Assembly: GCA_963805625.1 (NCBI GenBank)
Contig: CAWDVE010000004.1
Coordinates: 30,427 to 94,426 of the forward strand
Direction of reading: 5' to 3'
DNA length: 64,000 nucleotides
Origin: an uncultured Candidatus Rokubacteria bacterium
GTDB taxonomy: Bacteria > Methylomirabilota > Methylomirabilia > Rokubacteriales > DASRDR01
In this document: positions 28,065 to 38,818 of the stretch, piece after piece
Layout: each line of letters starts with the position of its first letter
How positions within the stretch are numbered: position 1 is the first letter of the stretch
Translations under genes and position numbers: made by a program
The notes under the pieces: model-generated
What the model saw: the letters and a program-made list of their open reading frames with translations, nothing else
What the model was told of the DNA's origin: nothing
Databases searched by the model: none

Positions 28065-29203
28065 CCGCGCTCGAGATCGGGGTGGGGCTCCTCGGCCCGG
28101 CGGGGATCGGGCAGGCGCATGCCCACGCCTACACGCTGGTACGACAGGTTCTGTGGCCGCCGGCGGCAGTACCCCGGCTCGTCCGGGTGTGCGGACGGCA
28201 GACGACCAAGGCGGAGGTCACGCGCGCCCGGTACGGGTTCGAGCGTGCGGGCGATCGCTGGCAGGACCTGGTGAGCGATCCCGCGGTCCAGGCCTTCGAC
28301 AACTGCGCCCCCAACCACCTTCATCTCGAGCCGTGCCTGGCGGCGATCCGGGCGGGCAAACACGTCTTCTGTGAGAAACCCCTCGGGCGCTCGGCGGCAG
28401 AGGCACGGGTTCTCCGAGACGCGGCCGCCCAGGCGGGGATCATTCACATGGTCGGTTTCAACTACCGCTTCCTGCCCGCCGTGGCGCTCGTGCGCCGCCT
28501 GGTCGACGAGGGCCGGCTCGGACGGATCCATCACTTCCGCGCTCGCTTCGCGGACGCCTCGTTCCTGGATCCCGACGCGCCATTCACGTGGCACCAGGAT
28601 GCGACGGCCGCCGGCTCGAACGCGCTCCTCGACCTCGGCAGCCACCTCATCGACCTCGCGCGCTACCTCGTGGGCGAGCTTTCGGCGGTCAGCGGTACGG
28701 TCGCGACGTTCGTGGCCGACCGGCCGGACCCGGCCACCGGCCGGCACCGACGGGTCGAGACGGAGGACGCCTTCGAGGCGACTGTCGAGTTCGCGAACGG
28801 TGCGCTCGGGAGCGTCTCAGGCACGAACATGGCGGCCGGTCGGCGGGCGCACATGACCTTCGAGCTCAACGGCTCCGGTGGCACGGTGGCCTACGACCTC
28901 GAACGGCTCAACTGCCTGTGGATCCACCTCCTCGGGGAGCGCCCGACAGGCGGCGGGCTTCGCGAGATCCACGTGACGGACGCGGACCACCCGTACGGGG
29001 GCGTCTGGTGGCCGCCCGGTCACTCGATCGGCTGGGAGGCCTCGCTGGTCCACGAGCTGGGGCATTTCCTCGGCGCCATCGCCGCCCGCCGGTCCGCCGG
29101 GCCACTCGGGGCGACGTTCGAAGACGGCTACCGCTGCGCGGTCGTGTGTGACGCGATCATGGAGGCGGCCCGCTCCGGCGGGCGAGTCCAGGTGAGCGAT
29201 TGA
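28061..29203 (+). CDS. Gfo/Idh/MocA-family NAD(P) oxidoreductase
   Basis: GTG 28061 overlaps the upstream TGA. IGVGLLGPAGIGQAHAHAY.., ..HVFCEKPL.. (EKP motif). The ORF-track 697-aa ORF is an out-of-frame read-through of the aminotransferase gene. Confidence 0.85.
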   Translation: MTALEIGVGLLGPAGIGQAHAHAYTLVRQVLWPPAAVPRLVRVCGRQTTKAEVTRARYGFERAGDRWQDLVSDPAVQAFDNCAPNHLHLEPCLAAIRAGKHVFCEKPLGRSAAEARVLRDAAAQAGIIHMVGFNYRFLPAVALVRRLVDEGRLGRIHHFRARFADASFLDPDAPFTWHQDATAAGSNALLDLGSHLIDLARYLVGELSAVSGTVATFVADRPDPATGRHRRVETEDAFEATVEFANGALGSVSGTNMAAGRRAHMTFELNGSGGTVAYDLERLNCLWIHLLGERPTGGGLREIHVTDADHPYGGVWWPPGHSIGWEASLVHELGHFLGAIAARRSAGPLGATFEDGYRCAVVCDAIMEAARSGGRVQVSD

Positions 29204-29485
29204 GGGCCGACCGGGCGAGCGTGGTGGACTGCTGAGCGGCGGTCTCGCGGTTCCCGCGAGGGCTTGGGGTCCGGCCCGGACTGACAGACCGCCAGACTGA
29301 ATGAGGGCGGGCCCGCGGCTGAATTGTTACGCTTCTGCTACGATTGCACGCCGCCGCTGCTCCCGGTGGAAGACACGAGCAGTTACGGAGGCGCAGCGGG
29401 TCCGTCGGGACCTGAACTTCCGGCGAGCGGCGGAGAATGTCCGAGGTGGTGGCGCGGTGAGCGACGTCAACGAGGAGGCGGGAAG

Positions 29486-30508
29486 ATGAGACGCACATTC
29501 CAGATGCTCGGCGTCCTGGCTCTCGGTCTTTGGTCCATGTGGCCGCTGTCGGCGGCGGCCCAGGCGCGTGTGAACATCCTCTGTAGCCCCGATCCGGCCT
29601 GGTGCGAGGCGGTCAAGCAATCGTTTGGCAAGGCGACGGGCATCCAGACCGAGTTCGTGCGTTTGAGCTCCGGTGCCGCACTTGCCCGCCTCCGGGCCGA
29701 GAAGGACGCGCCCACGTTCGACGTCTGGTTCGGTGGCAGCGGCGACTCGCAGTGGGTGGCGCAGGCCGACGGTTTGACGGAGTTCTTCAGACCGAAGGCG
29801 TGGGGTGAGCTCAGGCCTCAGCTGACGAAGGCGGTGGACGGGCATTACATCCCGCTCTACACGGGACTCCACGGTCTCGGGGTCAACGAGAAGCTCCTCA
29901 AGGAGAAGAGCCTGCCGGTTCCGGAGACGTGGAAGGACCTCGGCGACCCGAAGTACAAGGGACTCGTCGCCATGCCCAATCCCAACACCTCGGGCACCGG
30001 CTACCTCCTGATGACCACCCTCGTCCAGATCTACGGCGATGATGCGGGCTTCGAGCTCCTGAAGGCCATCCACCGGAACGTCGCCCAGTACACGCGGAGC
30101 GGTGGCGACCCGAGCCTGCTCGCCGGACGAGGAGAGGTCGCCATCGGTGTCTCGTTCGCCAACGACGTCGTGGAGCGCGTCCGCAAGGGCTTCCCCATCC
30201 GGTTCGTGGCGCCGAAGGACGGCATCGGCTACGAGATCGGGGCCCTGGCGCTCGTCAAGGGCGCCCAGAACCGCGAGAGCGCGCTCCGGCTGATCGACTG
30301 GGCGCTCGATCCCCAGAACCAAACGCTGGGTCCGCAGAACGGCGAAGTCTCCATGCAGTCGAACTCGCGGACTCCGATCGACCCCGACGTGCCGCGGTTC
30401 GAGGATGTCAAGGTGATCGCGTACGACTTCGGGAAGTACGGGACGCCCGCGGTTCGCGACGGGCTGATCAAGCGGTGGACCGAGCAAGTGTTCCCGCTCC
30501 CGCGCTGA
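29486..30508 (+). CDS. FbpA/AfuA/PhnS-type periplasmic substrate-binding protein (paralogue of 17722-18756)
   Basis: ATG 29486 has a GAGGAGG SD. Signal peptide MRRTFQMLGVLALGLWSMWPLSAAAQA. Clearly alignable with the 17722 SBP (..SGTGYLLMTTLVQIYGDD.GFE.LK..H.NV.QYT.SG.., ..YDFGKYG..). Confidence 0.85.
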   Translation: MRRTFQMLGVLALGLWSMWPLSAAAQARVNILCSPDPAWCEAVKQSFGKATGIQTEFVRLSSGAALARLRAEKDAPTFDVWFGGSGDSQWVAQADGLTEFFRPKAWGELRPQLTKAVDGHYIPLYTGLHGLGVNEKLLKEKSLPVPETWKDLGDPKYKGLVAMPNPNTSGTGYLLMTTLVQIYGDDAGFELLKAIHRNVAQYTRSGGDPSLLAGRGEVAIGVSFANDVVERVRKGFPIRFVAPKDGIGYEIGALALVKGAQNRESALRLIDWALDPQNQTLGPQNGEVSMQSNSRTPIDPDVPRFEDVKVIAYDFGKYGTPAVRDGLIKRWTEQVFPLPR

Positions 30509-30517
30509 TCCCCGGCG

Positions 30518-32701
30518 TTGACGCGTAACGCCGGAGCCATCTGGGGAGCCGTCGGGCTCCTGGGCTTCGCGCTTGGTTCGTGGACGCGCGGCTCCGTGCG
30601 GGCCGGGCCCGCCGCCACGGGACTGACTCTCGTCTTGCGCGAGGGGGTTCCCGGGGGCGGGCTCCTGCTCGTGGGCCTCGCACTCCTGGTCGCCACCGGC
30701 CTTGCTTTGGCGGGCGGCGGCCAGATGATCGGTCGCGTCCTGGCGGGCGTCGCTGGGGTCGGGGTGCTGGTGGCGCTCGTCGGGCTCGCGCGAGCCCCGG
30801 CGCCGGCCGGGTGGGGTGCTCTCGGGACGACGGCGTCCCTCCTCAATCTCACCGGCATCGGGCTCGCGAGAGGCCGGCTGGTGCGTGGAGGCGGGTTCGT
30901 CGGCGGGGCGATCCTCTGGGTGGCGCTCCTGGTGGCGGTCTTCATCGTGTACCCCGTCGTTGCGATGCTTCACGCCAGCGTGACGTCCGACGGCGCCCTG
31001 ACGGCGGGCTATCTGCTCCGGACGCTCCGGTCGCCGGTCTTCCTTCTCTTGTCCCACGAGACGCTGCCGCGGCCGGCGGCGGTCGCGGGCCTTGCCGCCG
31101 CCGGCCTCGGCGGACTTCTCGGCATCGTGTGGGGTGCGGTGACGCGCCAGCCGGTCCGCCGGGTCGCCTGCCTCGCGCTCACGTTGGCCGGGGTCGGGGC
31201 GGCGGTGGGGTTCCTTCACGGAGCGCGGGGGGCGCTGCGGAACAGCCTGCTTCTCGCGGCGGCCGTCGGGCTCGCGACGACGGGCCTCGGGCTCGCCTTC
31301 GCGCTCCTCGACGCCAGGAGCCGACTCTGGACGCGCCGGTTGCTCGGCCCGCTCTCCCTGGTGCCGATCATCACGCCAGCCTTCGTGCTGGGCCTGGCCT
31401 TCATCTACCTGTTCGGGCGGCGCGGGTCCATCACCCACGGCGTCTTCGGCCTCGACACCGGCGTGTTCTTCGGCCCGCTCGGGGTCGGTATCGCGCAGGT
31501 CATGGCCTTCACGCCCATCGCCTTTCTGGTGCTCTCGGGCGTCGTGCGCTCGCTCGACGTCGCCCTCGAGGAGGCGGCCCAGACGCTCCGGGCGACGCCC
31601 TGGATCCTCCTGCGGACCGTGACGGGCCCATTGCTCGTGCCAGGCCTCGCGAACGCGATGCTGCTGGTGATGATCGAGAGCCTCGCCGACTTCGGGAACC
31701 CGATCCTCCTGGGCGGCGGGACGCCGTTCCTCGCGACCGAGGTGTTCCTTGCCATCGAGGGACGGTTCGATCCACACGAGGCGGCGGTGTACGGCGTCGT
31801 TCTGCTTGCCCTGGCGCTCGCCCTTTTTCTCGTCCAGCGCCGCTGGCTGGCGGGCGTGTCCGTCGTGACCGTCACCGGTCGGCCCTCGGGCGGCCGGCCC
31901 GTGCCGCTTCCGCCGGTCGCCGACTGGTCTCTCACCGGCCTGTTCGTCGCCTACGCTGCGCTGAGCGTGCTTCTGTACGGCTCGCTCTTCCTCGGTGGAT
32001 TCGTCCGCGTCTGGGGCATCGACCACCGGTTCACGACGATGCACTACCGGGACATGGTGACCGCGGGCTTGCCCGTTCTCCTCGACACGGCCCGCCTGGC
32101 CGCCATCGCGGCGGTGCCTGCCGCCTTGCTGGGCTTCCTGATCGCGTACCTGACTACGCGCCACCGCTTCTTCGGGCGTGGGGCGCTGGAGTTCTGCGCG
32201 CTCCTGTCGTATGCCCTGCCGGGCACGGTCATGGGCGTCGGCTACATCCTCGCTTTCAACCAGGGAGGCTTCAAGCTCACGGGCACGGGGGCAATCCTCG
32301 TCGCCGCCTTCGTGTTCCGCGGGATGCCCGTCGGTGTGCGAAGCGGCATGGCCGCGCTCGCCCAGGTGGATCCCGTGCTGGAGGAGGCGTCGGCCTTGCT
32401 CCGGGCCAACGTCCCTGCCACACTGCGGCGCGTCGTGCTCCCCCTAGTTCTTCCCGCGCTCCTGACCGGATTCATCTACTGCTTCGTGCGGGCGGTGACG
32501 GCGGTGAGCCAGGTGATCTTCCTCGTGTCGCCGGGCCACGACCTCGCCACCGTCCTGCTGCTCTCCTGGGCGGAGTACGGCCACCTCGGACGGGGAGCGG
32601 CGCTCGCCTCCGTGCTCGTCCTGTTCCTCGCGGCCGTGGTGCTCCCTGTGGAACGATTCGGCCGGCGCGGGCGGCGACCGGACCCGTCGGCCGCCATCTG
32701 A
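30518..32701 (+). CDS. Fused two-domain ABC permease (paralogue of 18845-21049)
   Basis: TTG start. Two permease modules (..ALEEAAQTLRATPWILLRTVTGPLL.. and ..VLEEASALLRANVPATLRRVVLPLV..). Confidence 0.85.
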   Translation: MTRNAGAIWGAVGLLGFALGSWTRGSVRAGPAATGLTLVLREGVPGGGLLLVGLALLVATGLALAGGGQMIGRVLAGVAGVGVLVALVGLARAPAPAGWGALGTTASLLNLTGIGLARGRLVRGGGFVGGAILWVALLVAVFIVYPVVAMLHASVTSDGALTAGYLLRTLRSPVFLLLSHETLPRPAAVAGLAAAGLGGLLGIVWGAVTRQPVRRVACLALTLAGVGAAVGFLHGARGALRNSLLLAAAVGLATTGLGLAFALLDARSRLWTRRLLGPLSLVPIITPAFVLGLAFIYLFGRRGSITHGVFGLDTGVFFGPLGVGIAQVMAFTPIAFLVLSGVVRSLDVALEEAAQTLRATPWILLRTVTGPLLVPGLANAMLLVMIESLADFGNPILLGGGTPFLATEVFLAIEGRFDPHEAAVYGVVLLALALALFLVQRRWLAGVSVVTVTGRPSGGRPVPLPPVADWSLTGLFVAYAALSVLLYGSLFLGGFVRVWGIDHRFTTMHYRDMVTAGLPVLLDTARLAAIAAVPAALLGFLIAYLTTRHRFFGRGALEFCALLSYALPGTVMGVGYILAFNQGGFKLTGTGAILVAAFVFRGMPVGVRSGMAALAQVDPVLEEASALLRANVPATLRRVVLPLVLPALLTGFIYCFVRAVTAVSQVIFLVSPGHDLATVLLLSWAEYGHLGRGAALASVLVLFLAAVVLPVERFGRRGRRPDPSAAI

Positions 32702-32734
32702 CCGTCGAGCTCGAGCTCGTCGACTGGAGGACGC

Positions 32735-33817
32735 ATGTTCCGGATTCGCATCGGCGTCGTGGGGTGTGGGCTGATCGGCCAGATGATGCACCTGCCGCAC
32801 CTCAAAGAGCTGCACGAGCTCTACGAGGTCGTGGCACTCTGTGATGTCTCACCGGGCACCCTGAAGTACGTGGGGGACTACTATGGGATTGCCCGGCGCC
32901 ACACGGACCATCGCGAGCTTCTCAAGGAGAAGATCGACGCCGTCATCGTGCTGAGCGCCGACTCCCACGGCCAGGTCATCGTCGACGCGCTCAGGGCGAG
33001 GAAGCACGTGGTGACCGAGAAGCCCATGTGCTTCGCCATGAGCGAGGCCGACGAGATCCTCGCCGCCCATCGGGCGGCAGGCACGGTGTGCATGGTCACC
33101 TACATGAAGCGCTATGACCCCGCCTATCGGTACGTCGAGCCGCTCGTCCGCGGGCTACGCGACCTCCAGGCCATCGAGATCACGGTGCTCCATCCCTCCG
33201 AGGCGAACCAGATCGGGCACCACGACATCCGGCGCTTTCCCGACGTCCCGGCCCCGCTGCGCAACCGTCTCCGGGCGGATCAGGACCGGCTCATCCGGGA
33301 GGCCATCGGCGACTTTACGCCCCTCGAGCGGCGTGTCTTCGCGGAGAACCTCATGTCCACCCTCGTCCACGACGTCAACGTGCTGCGAGGGCTCTCCGGC
33401 GATCCCGCCGAGGTGCTGTTCACGGACGTGTGGGCGGGCGGGGAGAGCATGCTGACCGTGCTCCGCTACGCGTCGGGAGTCCGCGCTACCATCGCGCTGC
33501 ACTACCTGCCGGATCTGGCCAACTACCAGGAGACGGTCGCATACTACGCGAAGGCGGACCGGGTGCGGCTCGTCTTCCCGTCGCCGTTCTTCCGGAACAT
33601 GCCGACCGGGATTGTCGTGGAGTCCATGGAGGATGAAAAGGCGGTCGAGAAGCGCGTCACCCCCTCGATGAAGGAAGCGTTCAAGGAGGAGCTCCTGCAC
33701 TTCGCCGAGTGCGTGCGCACTGGCGCGCGCCCGATCACGACCCCCGAGGAGGCGCGCGGCGACGTGGCGCTGCTCCACAAGATCTTCCACGGGATCAAGC
33801 GCCCGTTGATCGGATGA
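32735..33817 (+). CDS. Gfo/Idh/MocA-family oxidoreductase
   Basis: IRIGVVGCGLIGQMMHLPHL.., ..HVVTEKPM... It is inserted between the permease and ATPase genes of the second Fbp/Afu-type transporter. Confidence 0.85.
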   Translation: MFRIRIGVVGCGLIGQMMHLPHLKELHELYEVVALCDVSPGTLKYVGDYYGIARRHTDHRELLKEKIDAVIVLSADSHGQVIVDALRARKHVVTEKPMCFAMSEADEILAAHRAAGTVCMVTYMKRYDPAYRYVEPLVRGLRDLQAIEITVLHPSEANQIGHHDIRRFPDVPAPLRNRLRADQDRLIREAIGDFTPLERRVFAENLMSTLVHDVNVLRGLSGDPAEVLFTDVWAGGESMLTVLRYASGVRATIALHYLPDLANYQETVAYYAKADRVRLVFPSPFFRNMPTGIVVESMEDEKAVEKRVTPSMKEAFKEELLHFAECVRTGARPITTPEEARGDVALLHKIFHGIKRPLIG

Positions 33818-33928
33818 GCCACGGGTCGCCGCAGGCCGCCACAGGCCGAAGGCCGTCCGATCAAGCCGTCCGATCGGCCGTCACATCAATGCGTTCGATC
33901 AGACTCAAGGTGGAGCGAGGGTAGCCCA

Positions 33929-34726
33929 GTGAGACTGCGGGCGGAGACGCGCGCCGCCATCGCCGCGGCCCGGGCCGCGGGGCAGATCCTCGACCGGTGG
34001 TTCGGCCGGGTGGGGCCGGTCCGGCTCAAGAGCGTTCGGGATCCGGTGACACGCGCGGACGGCGCGTCCGAGCGCGCGATCCGGCGTCTCCTGGGTCGGC
34101 GCTTCCCCGCGATCGGGTTCCTCGGCGAGGAGGGCGGCACGGTGGCGACGGGGCCGGACGGACGCTGGATCGTCGACCCCCTCGACGGCACGATCGCGTT
34201 CGTGGCAGGGCTGCCGACGTTCGGCGTGTCGATCGCGCTGGAGCAACGCGGGCGGCTCGAGGTCGGTGTGATGCTGTTCCCGCGCCTCCGGGAGCTCTTC
34301 GTGGCCGAGCGGGGCCGGGGAGCCTGGCTGAACGGCCGGCGGATCCGGGTGACGCGGACGACGGACATGGCCCGGTGCGTCATCTCCCTGTGGCACGAGC
34401 CCGGTCTCTGGCGGGACGCCCGGATGCGCGCGCGCGTGGCGCGCATCGGCGCGGAGGTCCGGAGCGTGGCCATGGTCGGCGCCTGCTTCTCCCTCGCGTA
34501 CGTCGCCGCCGGACGTCTCGACGCCTACTGGGAGCGGCAGGCTCATCCGTGGGATGTGGCGGCGGGGGCGCTGCTCGTCCGCGAGGCCGGCGGCCGCGTG
34601 ACCGGCGGTGCCGGTCAGCCCTTCGACGTGGACGAAGCCACGATCGTCGCGTCGAACGGCCGCATCCATGGCCGGATGGTCGCGCTCTTGAACGGCCGGC
34701 GTCCACCGGCCCGCGGGGCCCGATGA
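33929..34726 (+). CDS. Inositol monophosphatase family protein (SuhB/IMPase-like)
   Basis: GTG start. ..FLGEEGG.., [25 protein letters not shown], ..[17 protein letters not shown]... Confidence 0.85.
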   Translation: MRLRAETRAAIAAARAAGQILDRWFGRVGPVRLKSVRDPVTRADGASERAIRRLLGRRFPAIGFLGEEGGTVATGPDGRWIVDPLDGTIAFVAGLPTFGVSIALEQRGRLEVGVMLFPRLRELFVAERGRGAWLNGRRIRVTRTTDMARCVISLWHEPGLWRDARMRARVARIGAEVRSVAMVGACFSLAYVAAGRLDAYWERQAHPWDVAAGALLVREAGGRVTGGAGQPFDVDEATIVASNGRIHGRMVALLNGRRPPARGAR

Positions 34727-35820
34727 AGGGGGGCGGCGCCCGGGTCCGACTCGACGCGATCTCCAAGCGCTTCGGCGCCACGGTCGCCGTCGACTCCGTC
34801 TCCCTCACCGTCGAGCCGGGCGAGTTCCTGACGCTCCTCGGACCCTCCGGCTGCGGGAAGACCACGACGCTCCGCATGGTGGCGGGACTCGAGGAGCCGA
34901 CCTGCGGCCGCGTCCTAATCGACGACGAGGACGTGACGGACCAGCCGCCTCACGCCCGCGACATCACCATGGTGTTCCAGAGTTACGCGCTGTTCCCGCA
35001 CCTCACGGTCTTCGAGAACGTCGCCTACGGGCTCCGTGTGCTCCGGCGCCCGGCCAACGAGGTGCAGCGACGCGTGATGGAGGCGCTGACCCTGGCGGGC
35101 ATCGGGGATCTGGGTGCCCGCCAGCCCGCGGCGCTGTCGGGCGGCCAGCAGCAGCGGGTGGCGCTGGCCCGGGCTCTCGTGCTCCAGCCGAAGGTGCTCC
35201 TGTTCGACGAGCCGCTCTCGAACCTCGACGCCAAGCTCCGGAAGCGGATGCGCGACGAGATCCGGGCGCTCCAGCGGCGCGCGGGCATCACGGCGCTCTA
35301 CGTCACGCACGACCAGGCCGAGGCGCTCGCGGTGTCGGATCGGATCGCGGTCATGGCCCACGGGCGCGTCGAGCAGCTCGGCGGGCCGGCCGAGATCTAC
35401 CGGCGGCCCGCGACCCGCTTCGTGGCCGACTTCATCGGCGAGGCCAATCTCCTCCCGGTCGAGATCGAGGCGGGCGGTCCGTCTGGAGCGCAGGCGCGGC
35501 TGGGTTCGGTGGTGGTTGCCGTCCCGGACGGGGCGGGGATCGCTGGCCCCGCGACCCTCGTCGTGCGCCCCGAGGCCGTCCAGATTCGGCCCGCGGCGCT
35601 CCCGCTGTTGCCCGCCGGCGCGCTGGGCGGCCAGGTCCGGCTGGCCGCCTACCTCGGCGCCGCCGCGGAGTACACGGTCGACACCGAGGTCGGGGACGTG
35701 GCGGTGACCGACGCGCTCATGCCGGACGGTCTCCTTCCCACGGGCGCCCGAGTGTGGCTCACCTTCTCTCCTGACCGCCTGGCGGTGCTGCCGGCCGGTC
35801 CAGTCGAGGTGGCTTCGTGA
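34723..35820 (+). CDS. ABC transporter ATP-binding protein (FbpC-like; presumed partner of 29486-32701)
   Basis: ATG 34723 (ATGA overlap). [33 protein letters not shown], and a C-terminal TOBE-like tail. Confidence 0.9.
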   Translation: MKGGGARVRLDAISKRFGATVAVDSVSLTVEPGEFLTLLGPSGCGKTTTLRMVAGLEEPTCGRVLIDDEDVTDQPPHARDITMVFQSYALFPHLTVFENVAYGLRVLRRPANEVQRRVMEALTLAGIGDLGARQPAALSGGQQQRVALARALVLQPKVLLFDEPLSNLDAKLRKRMRDEIRALQRRAGITALYVTHDQAEALAVSDRIAVMAHGRVEQLGGPAEIYRRPATRFVADFIGEANLLPVEIEAGGPSGAQARLGSVVVAVPDGAGIAGPATLVVRPEAVQIRPAALPLLPAGALGGQVRLAAYLGAAAEYTVDTEVGDVAVTDALMPDGLLPTGARVWLTFSPDRLAVLPAGPVEVAS

Positions 35821-36698
35821 CGGTACCGCTGGCTCGCGGGAGATTTGGCGTGTCGGCCTGGATCTACGGGGACGCGCCGCTGTCCGAAACGCTCGCCCGC
35901 ATCGCCGCGGCCGGCTACGACGGCGTCGAGCTGCCCGGCGAGCCGGACCGCTGGCGTCCCGCCGAGCTTCGTCGGTGGCTCGGCGATCACGGACTCACGC
36001 CGGTCGCGCTCACCGCTTCCTGCATGGTGCCCGACACCGAGCGCGATCTGGCGCATCCCGACCCGCGGATCCGGGGTGTCGCGGTCGACTACATCCGGCA
36101 CTGCCTCGGATTTGCCGCCGAGATCGGCGCCCCGCTCGTGCAGATGATCGCCTCCGGTGAGCCGCGACTCGCGCCCATCGCGACACGGGACGCGGAATGG
36201 GCGTGGTCCGTGGCCGGCATGCAGGCGGCCGCTCGAGAGGCGGAACAGACGGACGTTAGAATCGCGGTGGAGCCGCTGAACCGTTACGAAGCGTACCTGG
36301 TGACCTCGGCAGGCGAAGCGCTTGCCTACCTCGACGCCGTCGGCTCACCCTGGGTCGGCATGACGCTCGACCTCTTCCACGCGAACATCGAGGAGCCCGA
36401 CGTTGCGGCCTCGATCCGGGCGGCGGGGCGGCAGCTCTGGCACGTGCAGGTTGCCGACACGACGCGCCGGGGCCTGGGACATGGGCACCTCGACCTCGGG
36501 AAGGTCGTGGAGGCCCTGGCGGGCATCGACTACGGCGGGGCCCTGGTCGTGGAGATCATGGCACCGGGCCCCGATCCGTTCCGGGCGATCAAGGACCACC
36601 ATTCGGCCGGGATCCTCGACCGGGACATCCGGGAGTCGCTCGACCGGCTCCGGGCGCGCTGGCCCCCGCGGGCCGGCGGAGGCCCGGCAGGGAGGTGA
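35817..36698 (+). CDS. Sugar phosphate isomerase/epimerase (xylose-isomerase-like TIM barrel)
   Basis: GTGA overlap. ..AAGYDGVEL.., ..[10 protein letters not shown].., ..[10 protein letters not shown].., ..HVQVAD... Confidence 0.8.
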   Translation: MTVPLARGRFGVSAWIYGDAPLSETLARIAAAGYDGVELPGEPDRWRPAELRRWLGDHGLTPVALTASCMVPDTERDLAHPDPRIRGVAVDYIRHCLGFAAEIGAPLVQMIASGEPRLAPIATRDAEWAWSVAGMQAAAREAEQTDVRIAVEPLNRYEAYLVTSAGEALAYLDAVGSPWVGMTLDLFHANIEEPDVAASIRAAGRQLWHVQVADTTRRGLGHGHLDLGKVVEALAGIDYGGALVVEIMAPGPDPFRAIKDHHSAGILDRDIRESLDRLRARWPPRAGGGPAGR

Positions 36699-36775
36699 TC
36701 GGGACGGGACCGCGATCAAACCGCACGTGAAGCGAAAGGTCCAAGCGTGCCTGCGCGGCAGGCAGGAGGAGTGGA

Positions 36776-37909
36776 ATGCGAGGCCGTGTCCTCATCGCCG
36801 TCATCGCGAGCGCCATCCTGGCCCTGGGCGTGATCGGGCCGACCGGCCAGGCTGTCGCCGCCGAGCCGGAGCTGGTCATCGCCGACAGCCAGTCGGGCGC
36901 CAACTTCCAGGCGTACTGGCAGAAGTACGTCATCCCCTCGATCAAGCAGTCACTAGGCATCACCGTCCGGTATCTCGTGACGAGCGACGCCGAGCAGATC
37001 CAGAAGGCGAAGGCGTGGCAGCCGGGCAAGGGCGATGCCCACATCATCTTCCCCAAGTCCATGGCCGCCTGGGTCAGCTCGGGGGTGCCGCTCGAGACGC
37101 TGACGCCCGCGACCGTCCCGAACCTGAACCGCATCGATTCGAAGTTCCTCAAGTCCGACGAGGGCGTGGATCTCCAGGGCAAGGGCGCGCTCTTCTGGCG
37201 GACGTCATACGCGCTGATCTACAACTCGGCGTCCATCAAGAACCCGCCGAAGTCGTGGAAGGAGTTCTACGATCGCCGCGCCGAATTCAAGGGGCGCATC
37301 GGCATGGTGCGGCCGGACGCGAAGTCGAGCTCCGGGTGGCGCCAGCGCTACGTCTTCCTCCACGCGTTCCTCAAGGACAAGATGACGCGGCCGATGGCCG
37401 AGCTCCAGAACGATCCGGCTTTCAAGGACGCCTGGGCCAAGCTCAAGGACTTCACGCAGTACGCGAAGCTTCCGATGCCCGCCGAGCCGCCGAACCTCTT
37501 CGAGGACTTCAACGCGGGCGAGACCTGGATCTCGCTCTACGCGCAGGACTACGCCTTGTGGTCGGCGCGGCAGGGCACGATGCCGCCGACGATCAAGGCG
37601 GTTTACCCCGAGGAGGGGGCTGACGAGATCGGGACGGGCTACCTCGCGATCCCGGCCAACATCTCGGCCGACCAGAAGGCCGCGGCCCTGCGGGTCGTGA
37701 ACTACCTCCTCTCGGACGACCAACAGATCCGCTTGCTCACCACGATGTGGCAATACCCCGGAACGGACATCACGGACCAGGCGCCGCCCATCGTGTGGGA
37801 GATCGTACCGAAGCTCGACGTGCTGATGCGTACCGCGATCCCGCGGGAGCGCATCCGCAAGGATATCATCGACTACATCAAGGCCAACGCGAAGGACCTG
37901 ATCCCGTAG
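36776..37909 (+). CDS. ABC substrate-binding protein (family 1 extracellular solute-binding)
   Basis: AGGAGGAG SD. Signal peptide [29 protein letters not shown]. Followed by two permeases and an ATPase. Confidence 0.8.
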   Translation: MRGRVLIAVIASAILALGVIGPTGQAVAAEPELVIADSQSGANFQAYWQKYVIPSIKQSLGITVRYLVTSDAEQIQKAKAWQPGKGDAHIIFPKSMAAWVSSGVPLETLTPATVPNLNRIDSKFLKSDEGVDLQGKGALFWRTSYALIYNSASIKNPPKSWKEFYDRRAEFKGRIGMVRPDAKSSSGWRQRYVFLHAFLKDKMTRPMAELQNDPAFKDAWAKLKDFTQYAKLPMPAEPPNLFEDFNAGETWISLYAQDYALWSARQGTMPPTIKAVYPEEGADEIGTGYLAIPANISADQKAAALRVVNYLLSDDQQIRLLTTMWQYPGTDITDQAPPIVWEIVPKLDVLMRTAIPRERIRKDIIDYIKANAKDLIP

Positions 37910-37966
37910 CCAGCCCGATCCCGCGGGCGGCGGCATGATTGCCGCCGTCCGCGCGGTTCTGCGGAC

Positions 37967-38818
37967 ATGAAACGCGCGGGCGCCCGAGCGGAGGCGATCG
38001 TCACCGGAACGCTGCTGCTTCCGGCGGCGGCAGCCTTTGTCGGGCTGTTCTGCTATCCGATGTTCCTGACCCTCATCCTGAGCCTTCGACCCGAGGGAGC
38101 CGACACGGGGTGGACCCTGTCGCACTACGTGGCGTTCCTGAGCGACCCGGACGGGCGAGGGGTCGTGCTGCTCACGTTCGGCCTCGCCTTCGCGGCGACC
38201 GTCCTCTCCGTGATGCTGAGCTTGCCGGTGGCCCTTGCGCTGCGCCGTAAGCTGCCGGGGCACCGGGCCTTTCGGCTCGTGGTGCTCGTGCCGCTCGTCG
38301 TGCCCGGTCTCATCGGTGCGCTCGGGCTCCTCATCTTCTGGGGCCCGCGCGGGTGGTTCAACCTTCTGCTGACGCAGATCCTCTTCTTGCGGCCGCTCGT
38401 CGTGACCTACACGCTTCCCGGCCTGATCCTCTTCTACCTGTGGCTCTACTTCCCGTACACGTGCGTGACCACGCTGGGGGCGCTGGAGAGCCTCGATCCC
38501 GCGATCGAGGAGGCGGCGGAGGTGGCGGGCGCCGGCCGCTGGCAGCTTCTCCGGCACGTGCTCCTCCCGCTCATCACGCCGGGGATCCTCGCCGGCTCCG
38601 TCCTCACCTTCATGGCCGCCTTCGGGGCCTTCAGCGTGCCCCTCGTGGCAGGCGGGAACTACCGGCCCCTGGCCGTGGAGATCTACAAGCAGATCTCGGT
38701 TCCCATCCCGCCCCGGTGGTCGGGCGCCAGCGCGATCGCCATCGTCATGGGCGTGGTGCAGGTCGGATTTCTCGCGTTCTACATGCGGTCGGTCCGCCGG
38801 CTCGGAGGCCGGCGATGA
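37967..38818 (+). CDS. ABC transporter permease
   Basis: Six-TM protein with EAA loop ..AIEEAAEVAGAGRWQLLRHVLLPLI... Confidence 0.85.
   Translation: MKRAGARAEAIVTGTLLLPAAAAFVGLFCYPMFLTLILSLRPEGADTGWTLSHYVAFLSDPDGRGVVLLTFGLAFAATVLSVMLSLPVALALRRKLPGHRAFRLVVLVPLVVPGLIGALGLLIFWGPRGWFNLLLTQILFLRPLVVTYTLPGLILFYLWLYFPYTCVTTLGALESLDPAIEEAAEVAGAGRWQLLRHVLLPLITPGILAGSVLTFMAAFGAFSVPLVAGGNYRPLAVEIYKQISVPIPPRWSGASAIAIVMGVVQVGFLAFYMRSVRRLGGRR

Noticed and set aside
29244-29260. Hairpin CTCGCGG-ttc-CCGCGAG after the oxidoreductase gene, as a terminator.
   Set aside because: It is only a 7-bp stem with no U-tract on either strand. This is not enough to call an intrinsic terminator.
29327-32164. 945-aa minus-strand ORF, the longest in the track.
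   Set aside because: It is antisense to the well-supported SBP and permease genes. Its translation is Arg/Pro/Gly/Glu-rich low complexity with no motifs. Stop-free antisense frames like this are typical of very GC-rich DNA.
33852-33882. Direct repeat GCCGTCCGATC x2 (plus a partial third) upstream of the IMPase gene.
   Set aside because: It is very short and confined to a 110-bp intergenic spacer. No second locus or obvious function was found, so it is noted only.
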